Assembly: GCA_033442325.1 (NCBI GenBank)
Contig: JAWQFM010000020.1
Location: forward strand, 89,824 to 153,823
From: Salpingoeca rosetta
Lineage: Eukaryota > Protista > Choanoflagellata
Length of the DNA: 64,000 bases
Direction of reading: 5' to 3'
Below are positions 27,301-55,035 of this stretch, in pieces. The notes beneath the pieces are model-generated. The model saw only the letters and a list, made by a program, of their open reading frames with translations, searched no databases and had not been told where the DNA came from. Position 1 is the stretch's first letter, and the number at the start of each line of letters is the position of its first letter. The position numbers and the translations under genes are program-made.

Positions 27301-29041
27301 TGGTTGTTTGATGGTTGTTTGATGGTTGTTGGTGTTAGACGACGTAACTCAAAACAGCAAAGTCGATGATGTGGACGTGTTGGGGAAGGAGGGTGCAAGA
27401 AGGGTACGTCTGATACGTGCTCAAGGTGCTGAACAAGCAAGTTTGGGGATGTGTGTGTGTGTGATGTGCCGCACCTGCTTCGTGTGATGCGGCCTCGGAG
27501 ATGTAGGGGGCGTATCCATCACCCAGGTTGTCGTAGTACACTGCCGGTGGTAAAATTATGTGGATACAAAGGTCAGAAGCACGCAAACAAACAACCACAC
27601 GACAACGCGGGCGTGGTGACACACAAACACACACACAAACACACACAAACACACACAAACACAATGCACACACACACACAAACGCACACAACGTACCGAG
27701 GGCTGGGGAATAATACTCGTAGATGGATGAGCCAAACACATTCAAAACCGCCACACCGCCAGAAGTATGACGTGGCATGGCGTAGCCTGTCGTCTGCACG
27801 CTCAGCGTGATGAGCACGTGCATGTCTGTCGGCCCCTGGGTGACGAATGGCTCTGTTGTGACGTCGATGTTGAACGGAGCGTAGTCCTCGGCAATGCGCT
27901 GCCAAATGAGGGCAATCTGGCCCTGTTCATAGGACGAGAACGCGGTACCGTCGTTGGATGGATCATACGGACGGGCAGAGAAGGCGCCCCAGTAGTTGTT
28001 GCTGGTGGTGGTGTGGCCATCAAAGTCGAGCACCATGGTGTTGGGCGCACCCGGTCGGCTGTGGTAAATGGGCAGGCCTGCAGCCAGGGTTGGAAGCGGG
28101 GTTCATGAAAGGGAAGGGTGTGCTTGTGAGAATGCTGTGATAGCTGACCGACTTTTGGCTCACATCACATGAGACGCGCACTAACCACACAAAGGCACAA
28201 CACAGAGGAACGAGGCTGTGGCACATCCACAAGAACGCACACACAACGCACACACAACGCACACACAACACACATACATGCACATCTCAACACACACACT
28301 TATAGAACACCACACTTACATACCGTTGTTGTCGTAAGATGATGGTGGGTTCTCTGTGAGGAAGCGGCGGCCGCGCCCGTGTTCCTCCTCGACGCGTTCC
28401 CTCGACACGGGCGGCACTGGAAAGTCGTCTGCGACATACGGTTCGCCGTCTGGACCAAAGTGCAGCGTGCGGCCGTCGACAGCAGGGATGTCCATCTTGT
28501 CCAGCTTGTCCTGGGCGCGCTTCTTTGCCGCAGGCGGGAGCTCGCTCAACTCAGCGAATGCAGCTGGGGCGTTGTCCTTGAGCGTGTTCATCTTCAGCTT
28601 GGAGGGCGGTGCGCCAACAGCGAGGGAGCGCCGGGCCTTACCATTGCTGCTGCTGCTGCTGTTGTCTGTGTCGCTGTCGGGGCCGTGGATGCGGTCAACC
28701 TTTGCCTTGCCGTTCGCAGGCGCTTCAGCAGCGAGCGACGAGGGCGCCTTGACACGCTGCACGGTCAGGGGGCGGCCTGCTGCGCCAATCGCCGATGGGG
28801 CCTTGATCCTGTCCACGTCCAGGTCCTTGAGCGAGGGCAGGCCCGCGTCACTTGCTGATGCCAATGCTGCTGCGGCGTCTTGGGCGCCAGCGTTGTGGTT
28901 GTCACTGTTGTCGTTTGGCTGAATCTTGGTGCGAAGGGGGCGAGCAGCCGCCATGTGTGGCGGAGCCATGCAACCCATGGCGAGGGCAACGCACACCAGT
29001 GCGGTTGCCATCGCCGCGCGGCGAACGCGAACGATTGTCAT
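24398..29041 (-). CDS. Secreted metzincin-type zinc metalloprotease: signal peptide, propeptide, catalytic domain, PPC-like domain, Thr/Ser linker, three tandem PPC-like repeats and a diverged terminal repeat
   Basis: Hydrophobic N-terminus (MATALVCVALAMGC). YHSRPGAPNTMVLDFDGH and WQRIAEDYAPFNIDVTTE motifs. Zinc motif HEAGHNFGLNHD assembled across intron 27288-27474. Met-turn WAPIMGIGY. PPC-type D(V/K)DW(Y/W) and DLD..LY motifs. Confidence 0.88.
24811..26052 (-). repeat. Three near-identical 414-bp coding tandem repeats (poly-Thr linker + PPC-like domain)
   Basis: Near-identical shadow ORFs start at 24811, 25225 and 25639 (period 414), and the DNA is nearly identical between units. Confidence 0.95.
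26012..26432 (-). repeat. Thr/Ser mucin-like linker encoded by ACA/ACG/AGC trinucleotide repeats
   Basis: About 140 codons, all Thr or Ser, in ORF 24398..26947. Confidence 0.92.
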
Positions 29042-30363
29042 TGTCGAGTGTGCTTTGAACCCTTTTGATGGGGTCGAGATGAGACGCTAAGTTGAAGGCG
29101 AAGGGCTAGCTGCAAACAACAAGCAACTTTTGGTTGTTGTTGTTGTTGCCTGCTGTTGTTGGGAATTAGAACAACTCTGGTTGCTTTTGTTGGGGCAGGT
29201 GCTGTGCACGTCAAGAGACTCCTCAGTTGGAGTGAGTGGTGGAAGGGTGGAAAATGAAACTCGTGTGGGTGGCGGAACAGCAGATTATGTTTGGTCTGTC
29301 GTTCGGTGGTGTGGTGCAGCAGCTGCTGATTTTGACGACGTCCTTGCGTTTGTGTGCTTGGCTCTTGCCTGCTTCTTGCTTGCTTCTTTGCTTGCTCCAC
29401 TTTGTTGTGTGTGTTGTCGCCGCCACTGGTTTTGCCTGCCTTCTGGCGTGGGTATCGTTCTGACTGTTCATGACGTTGGTGGGCGGCGGCGCTGGGTCAT
29501 CCATCCACGTGCGCACGAGCAAGCGAGGTGGTGGGCGTTGCAGTGTCGGCAAACACAAGCATAAACGCATCCACAAACGCAACCAGGGCAAGCAAAAGCA
29601 AGCCAGTCACTGGCACTGGCGCTGGGCAATCGCTTGCGTCGTCGCTGTTAAGTTCTGTCGCAGTGCAACATGGGTGGCGAAGATTGTGGGGGGTCGCGAA
29701 GCGTGCATGCAAGCAAGCAAACTCAGTGGCGTAGTTGTGTTAAAATTGCATGAAATCAAATTAATGTAAAATAAAACTAAATTGTGGCGCGACTGGAAGC
29801 TCTTGGGCCACATGTCTGTCACTGTCACTGTCACTGTCACCACCCCACACAACCCCACACAACACGCCACGCTGCCCTCCATCTGCATCGCTAGTCCATC
29901 ACAACAGGGCACCGGATGAGATTTGTTTAGAACTGGCATCGCCGGAAGGACCGACGCAAGAGGAAACCGTCAAACGCTCGTCATGTAACGCGAACAAGGA
30001 AGCGAAAAAGCTGTCAAAGAGGAGCAAACGAAAAAGGAAGAAAGAACGAAAGAGCAGCACAAACGAAGGAAAGGAAAGCATTACATGCCATCACGAGGAG
30101 CCGGAGGAGGGAAAAGCACGGCATTGCTGTCATCCATCACGAAAAGAAAAGAACCCAGAGGCAACAAGAAGGAAGAAACGCAAACGCAAGAAAGCAAACC
30201 AGGTCAACGCAGAAACGGGTTGATGGCGAAAGCTGAACGAACACGAAAGAAACAGCCACGCAAGCAAAGAAAGGCGTAGGCACGCGGGGCCAACAGTGAC
30301 AGCACCATGAGAGGTGTGCCGAGTGGAGATGGCGTCAAAACAAGACGCCTGTCACCACGTCAT

Positions 30364-45010
<14,647 letters not shown>

Positions 45011-45150
45011 CGCCGTGCTATGTGTGCGTTGATGTGAAATGGCAAAAAGCGGTCTTCTTGTGCGTTGCTTGCTTGCTTGCGAACGCGTTTACAGACATGA
45101 GGGGCGAAATTTCTTTCAGTGGGTGGCGAATGCAGCAAAGCCTAGCTGCT

Positions 45151-45170
45151 CGCGCCGGGAAATTTGAAAT
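45151..45170 (+). promoter_or_regulatory. E2F/CDE-CHR-like composite element about 140 bp upstream of the receptor ATG
   Basis: CGCGCCGG-GAAA-TTTGAAAT: GC box, 4-nt spacer and TTTGAA; near-identical to the PIF1 element. Confidence 0.5.
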
Positions 45171-45211
45171 GTCGAAGAAGGAAGACACAAGCAAGCGAAG
45201 GAAGAGGTTTG

Positions 45212-45246
<35 letters not shown>

Positions 45247-45326
45247 ACACACACACGCACGCACACACACACGCACGAGATAACGCTGCCGCCCTGTGTT
45301 CCTCTTCACACATTCTTGTTGGCCTG

Positions 45327-47177
45327 CTAGGTCTTTGCCTTATCGTCACTGCTGCTGCTGCTGCTGCTGCTGTTGTTGTCGTTGCTGTTGCTTCCCTTTT
45401 CATCGAGGTGCCGCCGCACGAGGCGCTCCAACCGGTCAATATGGTCATCGGGGTGATGTGGCGCAATCTCCCGCAGGGCATGCGCAAGGTTCAGCAGACT
45501 GCAATGGTTGTGGTTGTGTGTGCACGTGTGTGTGTGCGTATGTGTTTGTATGTGTGTTTGTATGTGTGTGTATGTGTGTGTGTGTGTGTGCGATGCACGT
45601 GTTGACGTGAATGGGTGAGAGTCGCTGTACTGTGAGTCTGTCGTCACGCACACACACACACACACACACAACACGCGCACCACGCGACTCACTATTCGGA
45701 GTTGGGACCGCTTGGGCCGACGGAGGTGGCAATCACTCTGGCAATCTCCTCCTCATCGCGCACACCTGGCCCAAGTGGAAGCATGGACATGAGTACACGC
45801 TGGGTCTTTGTGTGTACACCTTTCTTGCAGCGTGCTGCTAATTTGCTGGTGCTCAAATACACACACACATTCGCACACGCACGCCCGCTCGCACGCACAC
45901 ACACAGGTGTACACACACATGTATGCGTACATGCGCAAAGGCCACCATCACAGCACCACACACCAGTAAACTGGGGGTTGTCCTCGGTGCCGACGTAGAC
46001 GAGGCAGTTCAAGGACGAGGTGCCAACATTGTCAACGTGTTCCTCATGCACCACCGCCTCCACAACCTGGCGACAAAAGGCCGAGATGGGAACCAATGGA
46101 CACACATCATCAGTGCAGGGCCATACGTTAGAAACAGCCACCATACGCACACAAGCTCACCGACAAACATGGGTACACATCGACAGGTTGATGCGAAAGC
46201 ACAATGTGACACCAATGCAGAGCATGCGCAAGGGTTGCCCCTGTGTGTGTGTGCTTGTCTTATCGGTCAGGCTCTCTTTCTCCTCTCCTGCTTCTTCTCC
46301 CTTGCTCCCTCGTTCTCTCAATCCCTTACACGCACACACACGCACACACACGCACACACACGCACACACACGCACACACACGCACACACGCACACTCTCT
46401 CCCTCCCCCTCCCTCCCTCCCTCCCTCCCTTCTTCGCATACAGCTCTTGTTCTGACCTGGGTTTTGTAGCCGCCCTTCTCGCGATAGTCGAGGTGCGCCA
46501 TAATGTCATCTGCACGGTCCGAGTGTATCCTGTACGCCACACCCCACACCCTATCGTGCTCGTTCTCGCTTTCCATCAACGTGACAACCCGCCCCGGCGC
46601 GCCTGCACCAGCACAAAAAAGGAATGAATAGCGCACCATTGCGGGGGGGGGTGAGTGTGGCAGAGGAGCAAGCGTGGATTCCACGCTGAGGTCATTAACC
46701 AGAACCACGAAACACCGCATCGCGATGTGCAAGCGACCAACCCCGAACACACGACCCACCTTGTCCACACTCATTGTTACAACACAACACCCGCCGCCGT
46801 TGTTTTCACACACACATGCACGCACACGCACACACACACACATGCACACGCACACACACACACACACACACAGACCTGGGACACCTCGATGGTCTTCTGA
46901 GAATTGGTAGAACCGTCGCACGTAGCCCTCAATGAAGCACGGCACCGCCTCCCTTCACCAATACAATGCACACCAGTGAGACATGAACGAGTGTGCAAAA
47001 CACAAGGCACGACGACGAAACGAACCACGACAAACAACGCTGTGGTGCTGCTTACTCGTGTTCAAAGCCGACTTTCCAGGTAAGGCTGCCGTAGCCAAAC
47101 ACCCACAGGGGGTCGGGCCACTTTCCGCTGTCTCCCCCCTCGTTTGCCTCGTCGCGCTGGCCCGCGTTGCTGCTCAT
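45327..47177 (-). CDS. CHAC: ChaC-family glutathione-specific gamma-glutamylcyclotransferase (6 exons)
   Basis: [55 protein letters not shown] (catalytic Glu), IATSVGPSGPNSE, and C-terminal LLNLAHALR. Confidence 0.95.
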
Positions 47178-47627
47178 CACGCCGATGCCGCTAACGCTAT
47201 GCTGCTGCTGCCTTCTTGTTGTTGCGCGTTCCTCCTCGTCTGTCTGTCTTTTTACTCTGCACTCCTGTATTCTATTCTTGCCATGAATTTGATGCGAAAG
47301 TAATTTTTCTGCAACGGCTTCGTTGGAGACGGAGCACAGCCACCAAAACACACCAACGCAGCCACAAGCCAAGCAGACGAGCCCACTGCTGCTGGCTGCT
47401 GCTGCATCTGAGAACGACTGGCGTGCGTGTGAGCGGCGCAGGAAGCGCGGGAGGGAGTGAGACACTTGCACACACACACACACAGAAAGAGAAGTAGCAG
47501 GAAGAGTGCACAGGGCGGTGTACAGCTACAGCACACAACAACGAACAACGCAAGCAGCGTGAACTGCTCAGGGTTCCATCACCGCGACACACACCACAAC
47601 AACACACACACACACATACCGTAAGTC

Positions 47628-49168
47628 ATGCAGTTGCGGCACTTGCAGACGGTTGTGCCGGCCGTTGAAGGCACCAACAAGGTCACCGCCATGGCATGGA
47701 GCCCAAACAACGTCAAGCTCGCCGTGGTCACCGTCGATCGGGTACGTACGTGCCTTGTGCTGGCTCCCTCTGTTTTGCTTCGCCTCCACTGCAGCATGCG
47801 CTCGCATCCGCTCTCCTCCACAACAACACCCTGGACATGCAAACACATGCACACACCAACATACACACAAACACATGCAAACACCAACATACACACAAAC
47901 ACATGCAAACACATACACCACACACATGCACGCGCGTGCACACGCACTTACACACGCTTAACACGCACGCACGTGAACAACTTTGATTGTCAACCCGTTC
48001 TATGCCATCGCATTGTGTTGTGCGCTAATGTCACGTCGCACCACGCGTCACGCCACTCCAGGTTGTCATTCTCTTTGATGAAAACGGTGACAAGCAAGAC
48101 AAGTTCTCAACAAAGCCGGCAGAAAGCGGGGTGAGACCCACAGCCATGTGCTCTGACCTGTCGCTGCTTGAATTCTTTCCACGTGTGTGACGTTACTGTA
48201 TTGAGTCACAGTGCTGTATTGAGTGACCAGTGCATACACAAACATTAGCACATGCCCACTAAAACACGTACGCACACATATATATATACACACAGGGTCC
48301 CAAGACGTATGTGGTCAAGGGGCTGGCGTGGTCGCCAGACTCGTGCAAGCTCGCTGTTGCACAAACAGACAAGATTGTCTTCGTGTACAAACTCGCCCAA
48401 CCAGAGCGCGCAGCCGAGTGGTACGTGGTGTTGCGTGTGTGTTGTGTTTCTGTGTCTGTGTGTCTGTGTTGTGTGTGTCTGTGTGTGTGTGTGTGTGTAT
48501 GCGCTCCCGCCATCGTGTTCATCTGTATTGCGTCGATGCGTATGTCCTACTCTCTTCCTCTCCCCTCGCCTTTCTCTTTCTCCATCACTCTCTCGTACTC
48601 ATTTTCACACTCACATGTGTTTGTGTGCTGCAGGGACAAGAAGAAATCCATTTGCAACAAGTTCCTGCAAACGGTGAGAACCCATGATCCGCACCTATTG
48701 TCGCACATGCCCCCTGATTTGTGTGCTCAGACACACACACACACACACACTCTCTCTCTCTCTCACTGTTTCTCTGTGCCTCGCTGCCGGTTTGCTCACG
48801 CGTGTGTTCGGGCGATCTCTCTGCGGCCTACAGTCGCCCGTCACGTGCCTCGCGTGGCCCGCCGCACACCAGAACACCGTCGTGTACGGCCTCGTTGACG
48901 GAAAGGTAGCACGCGCGATGCTGTGCGTGTTTGTGGCAGAGACAACCACTGCATTCCTGTCTGCTGTAGGCTGCTCGACTCTTCTGTGTCTCTCTCTGTC
49001 TCGCGTGCCCAATGTGTCCTGCACATGTTCCCATACACACACACCCTTCCTTTGCTGCGTGTCAGGTGCGCATGGGCAACTTGAAGAACAACCGGTCCCA
49101 GTCGCTCTACCCAACGGGATCCCCATGCCTCGCCATCGCTGCCAGGTGAACACCGCAGTACTAGCTGT

Positions 49169-49220
<52 letters not shown>

Positions 49221-50525
49221 GTGTGTGTGTGTGTGTGTAACACCTTGTAATGATTGCAACTTGACTTCTTCACTTGACACCGTTGCTGACACGTCTCATC
49301 CTCGCAACACATGCTCGCCCCCACCGCCACCGCCACCAGTCCTGACGGGCAGAACATTGTTTCCTCGCACGCCGACGGAAAACTTTACCGCTACTCACTC
49401 GAAGACAACGGTGGGTATGCGCCCTTGGCTGCGCATGTGTGTGTGCGTGTGTGCGTCTGTGCGTCTGTGTTTTTGCGTGTGAAAATCTGTCTCTGCGTGC
49501 GTGCGTGCGTACGTGTGAATGTACGCACGTGTATGTGTGTTTTTATGCTCTCGCAATTTCAACTCCACTGATGAACCTGTCTTTCGTGTGACATGTCTTT
49601 CGCCTCAATCATGTGTGTGTGTGTGCAGGTCGTCAGGGCATCCTGTGCAAGCACCCTGTGCCCGTGTATGCGCTGGCGTGGGGCGAGACCATCATGGCCG
49701 CAGGAAGCGACATGCGCGTCGTCTTCTACAACGAAAACGGTGCGTGCTGCTCGCATGCATGCGTGATGTGAACTGTGTGTTTTGTGTGTGTGTGTGCTGT
49801 TGTGTGTGCGTGTTGTGTGGTGAAGCACGCGTCTTGCATATCCATCGCACATGCCCTTCCATTTCTCCACCCCAACCACGCCACCACCACCACCACCACC
49901 ACCAACCAGGGCGGGTGGTGCAGCACTTTGAGCACGGCGAGGAGGAGGGCGAGTCCGACCCCACCACCGCCGTCGTCAGCCCGAGTGGCCAGAGCATCGT
50001 CGTTGGCTCGTGCGATCGCCTGCGCGTGTACAACTACAACATCCGCCGCTCAAAGTGGGACGCGTCGCCACCGAAGACGATTGAGAACCTGTACACCGTC
50101 TCCGCCCTCGCGTGGAAGCCAGACGGCAGCAGGCTCGCCGTGGTCAGTTGCCCTGCTTGTGGCCCGGGGTGGTGGTGTGATAACTGTGCGAATAATTGTG
50201 CTGGTGTGACAATTGTGGCGTTGAAGATGGCGGTTTGATGTGGTCGGTGTGACTGACGCATGAGTGTGGTTTCGGGACCATAATGTGTGTGATGTTGTCC
50301 ACTTGTGCCTTTACATGCACGCAATCGTTCTCACCACACACACACACGCACACACACGTACGTTTGACCATCAGGGCAACCTGTGCGGTGCCGTTGAGTT
50401 GTTTGAGTGCTGTCTCAAGCGCACCCTCTACAAGGGCAAGTTTGACTTCACCTACGTCGGGCCCTCACAAGTGCGTGAAAATATGCCTCTGCTTGTGCAT
50501 GTGTGTATGTACAGCTCTGTGTGTT

Positions 50526-50562
<37 letters not shown>

Positions 50563-51662
50563 CTGTGTGTGTGCAGATGTGTGTGTTTGCTTGTTGCGTG
50601 CATCTGCCTCTGGAGTGTGTGGCGCAGTTGTTTGATGCCTTCCGTTGCGTCCCATCCTCACCTGCAATCATCATCACCATCATCCACCAACGCTGCGTGC
50701 AACTGGGCACCCGCTCAGGTGATTGTGACGAAGCTTGCGACCGGCAGTCGCATTGTTCTCAAGTCGCACTACAACTACGAGATTGAGAAGATCAACGTGC
50801 TCGGCAACGACCAGTACCTCGTCGGCCATACAAACGGTCAGCACCTCGCAACGACAGCGGAGGAAGAGAGCGAATGGTGCTGGTGACCATGTGTGTGCGT
50901 GCGTGCCGTGTTTGACTTCCCCGTTCTTTTCACACTTTTTCAGCAACAACCGGTCGACTTACACATGCCCCTCGCAAACCACCTCTTCCCCCCCCCCATC
51001 TTCAAATCCATCCATCTCCACCACATTGGATGCAGAGACGCTGCTGATCGGGGACCTTGCGACGTGCCGCCTGAGCGAGGTGCCGTGGCGCTTCTCCGGC
51101 AACGAGAAGTTCTACTTTGAGAACCCAATGTGCGCCCTCATCTTCAACGCGGGCGAGCTCACCGTCGTCGAATACGGCAACAATGAGGTGCCGGCGTGTT
51201 CTGCCGTTGTGTGTCTGTCTGTAAGTGCGTGTATGTAAGTGTGTGTGTGTGTGTGCATCTGTCTGTACTTGCGTGTGTATGGTTGGGTGTGTGCCTGTGT
51301 GTGTCTGTGTGTCATTGAACCCGCCTTTTTTTTTTTTTCACTCAGCTCCCCGCTCCCATCTCACCATCCTGACGACATCCTGACGACATCCTACCCCCAA
51401 ATCCCCTCCCCTCCCCCCCCCCTTCTCTCTCTCTCCTGCTCTCACCAGATCCTGGGCAGTGTGCGCACGGAGCACATGAACCCGCACGTGCTGAGCATTT
51501 GCATTGGAGGCCGCACTTCCACGCCGACGGAGGACAACAAGAAGATGGCGTACCTCATTGACGCGCGCACCGTTGTGCTGATGGACCTGACCAACGGGTC
51601 CACCATCGCGACCATCGAACACGACGCAAAGGTCGACTGGCTCGAGCTCAACGAAACAGGTG

Positions 51663-51703
<41 letters not shown>

Positions 51704-52473
51704 ACACATGCAGGTGGTCCGGCTGCTGTGTGCGTTCGTGTGTGCATGTGCATGTGCATGTACACGTGTGTGGACTCTTCTGCGGACGTGTGTATACGCG
51801 TGTGAGTGTTGTGCGATGTATGGAAGACGGACACCTCGCTGCATTCGCTGCTTTGCCCCCTACTCACGCACATTTGCACACTTGCTTCACCATCACACTT
51901 CAAACCACACCACCACACTTCAAACCACACACACACACACACACCACCACCACCGCCACCACCAACACCGCTCGTGTCACTGCAGGGCGCAAGTTGATGT
52001 TCCGGGACAAGCGGCGCCGGCTGTTCCTGTTTGACATTGCGACAGAGGAGCAGCACGCTCTCCTCAGCTTTTGCTCATATGTCCAGTGGGTCCCAAACTC
52101 CGACGTCATCGTCGCTCAAAACCGGTGTGTAATTGCGGGTGTGCGTGTATGTACTTGTGCGTGTGTGTGCGTGTACTTGTATGTGTGGGCGTGAGAGCGC
52201 TCTTGTGCCTGTGTGTGTGTGTGCACATGTATTATGCACGTTCTCATATGGTTTTCTGTGCGCACAACTATGTGTGTGCGCCTTTGTGTCTGCGTGCAGC
52301 AACAACCTGTGCGTGTGGTACAGCGTTGACCACCCCGAACGCGTCACATCATTCGAAATCAAAGGTGCAGACATGCAACCACACGTTGTGGCTGGAAGTG
52401 GCAAACGACAAACCACGTGTGCACTCACACACACACACTCACACACACTCACACTCACACTTACACACACACT

Positions 52474-52504
<31 letters not shown>

Positions 52505-53907
52505 ACTCGCACTCACACACACACGCACTCACGCACACACACTCACGCACACGTGCGTGTTCAGGCGATGTTGAGGACATTGAGCGCGTGGACGGGCGGA
52601 CGGAAGTGCTGGTGGACGAAGGGGTGAACCAGGTCGCGTACACGCTTGATGAGGGCCTGATTGAGTTTGGAACAGCAGTGGAGGATGGGGACTACGTGCG
52701 CGCCGTCGCTTTCTTGGAGACACTCGACACCTCGTCCCCAGAGAGCAAGGTCCGAGTGCTGCGTCGTTGTTCTGTTGGACGCGCACACACACACACACAC
52801 ACATACACACACACACACACGCACGCACGTGTCTGCTCCTTTGCGTGTATGCGCGGTTGCATTGATTGACCGAGGGCTGGCGTACGCACGTGTTGTCGTT
52901 TGTTATGGGGCCACTTTGCTCCGTCTGCTGATGCAATGAGACCAATCATTGTAAGTCGCCACTCACCGCCATCGTGAATCCACCACCCCCCCCCTCTCGC
53001 CAACTGCGCGCCATCTCCGCAGGCCATGTGGTCGACACTGGCGCAGCTGTCGCTCAATGCTGAAGAACTTGTTGTTGCCGAGCGCTGCTACGCTGCCCTG
53101 GGCAACGTTGCCAAGGCGTCCTACCTGCACCGCGTGAACGAGGAGGCGCGTACCAATGGTTCACAGAGCTTCCAAGTGCGCGCCAAGATGGCTGCCCTCA
53201 ACCAGCACTTCAAGCTGGCGGAAACAATCTACCTCGAACAGGGCGCTGTCGACCAGGTGCCGTTCCTTTGGGGGGGGAGGGAGGTGGAAATGGCGTTTGT
53301 TGCGGGCATTGCTGATCGCTGTGTGTATGTGTGTGTGTGTGTGTGTCTGTCTGTCTGTCTGTCTATGGTTGTGATGGCGTTTCATTCGCGCGTCTTCCCC
53401 TACTTCCACCCACTCACACACACACACACACACACCACCTTCCTCTCCTTTACTCAACCCAACGTGTGCGCAGGCCATGTCGATGTACCAGACGCTGCAC
53501 CAGTGGGACCAGGCCATCGCCGTTGCCGAGTCGCGCAACCTGCCCGAGCTCCACGACATGCGCAACAACTACATGACATGGCTCATCGAGACCGGCCAGG
53601 TAACGTCGGCGGTGGGGAGGGGTTGCTTGCTTGCTGGCCTGCTGGGATGGGATGAGTGCCACTTGTTCGTGTGTCGATCATGCTGGCGTGCCCTCGCCTG
53701 TGAATGGTCAGAACTGACTTGTTCGTTACATCCCCCGCTCATTCTCTCTCGCTGTTGCTGTTGTGTCCGTAGGAGGAGCAAGCTGGCAAGGTGAAGGAGA
53801 GCGAGGGCGATTTGCACGGCGCCCTCGGCTTCTACATGAAGGCCGGTCTCCCAGGACGGTGAGCACTTGCTGCTTCTGCTGCTGTTGTTTGATTGTGTGT
53901 GTGTGTG

Positions 53908-53938
<31 letters not shown>

Positions 53939-54953
53939 GACTTGTCTGTTTGTCTGTTTGTTTGTCTGTGACTTGCTTGTCTGCGTACATGTGTATCACA
54001 AGTCAGAGTGTACAGGTCACATCTCGCTGATTCTCAACCTCACAATCACCCACCGCCATCCCCACTGTCGCCAGCGCTGCCAACCTTGTGATGCAGCACC
54101 CGGAGCTTGCGCAGGCGCAAGATGTTGTGAGCCGCGTGTCGAGTGCCCTCATGAACGCGTCGCTGTACGAGACGGCCGGGCAGCTGTTTGAGCGCGCACA
54201 GCTCACCTCCCGCGCCCTCGAGGCATACAAGAAGGGTGAGGGTCTTGGCTTGCTTGGCTTCTTGCTCGCTGAAGTTGGAGTTGTGTTTGTTGTGTATTGT
54301 ATGTATGCTGAGGTTTTGTTGCAGGCTGTTGCGTCACTTCTGTGTGTATTTCACTTTTGCCTCCCATTGCCAATGCCATGAACATCTTACACACACACAC
54401 ATACATACATACATACATACATACATACATGCTCTCACACACACACACTCACTCACTCACTCACTCACTCACTCACTCACTCACTCACTCACACACACAC
54501 ACACTCACACACATGCACGCACACACGCCTCCTGCGTTGTGCTGTGTGCATGCAGGCAATGTGTACGGGCGTGCGGTCGAGCTGTGCCGGGTTGCGTTCC
54601 CCAACGAAGTCGTCACCTTGGAGGAGCAGTGGGGCGACTACCTTGGTATGCAAACGCACGCACGCATGCATGACATGCTTTGAGCACACCGGATGCGTCT
54701 TCTGTACGTCTTCAACACGTTCGTCGTTGCCCCTGATTGGTCAACATGCTTACCTTGTTGAACAACACCCCTGTCCACTCACTCTCTCCCGACTCCACCG
54801 CTACACGTGCGCAGTTGCGCAGAAGCAGCTAGACAGCGCCATCCCGCACTTTATTGAGGCCGGCCGCATGGAGAAGGCAATTGAGGCTGCAATCAACGCT
54901 CGCCAATGGACAAAAGCGGCGCAGGTATTGTATCCACCCTTGCTCCCGCCCTG

Positions 54954-55035
<82 letters not shown>

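Noticed and set aside
29730-29790. AT-rich island as a possible ncRNA
   Set aside because: No recognisable RNA structure or box motifs; more simply a promoter or terminator region between the receptor and the protease.
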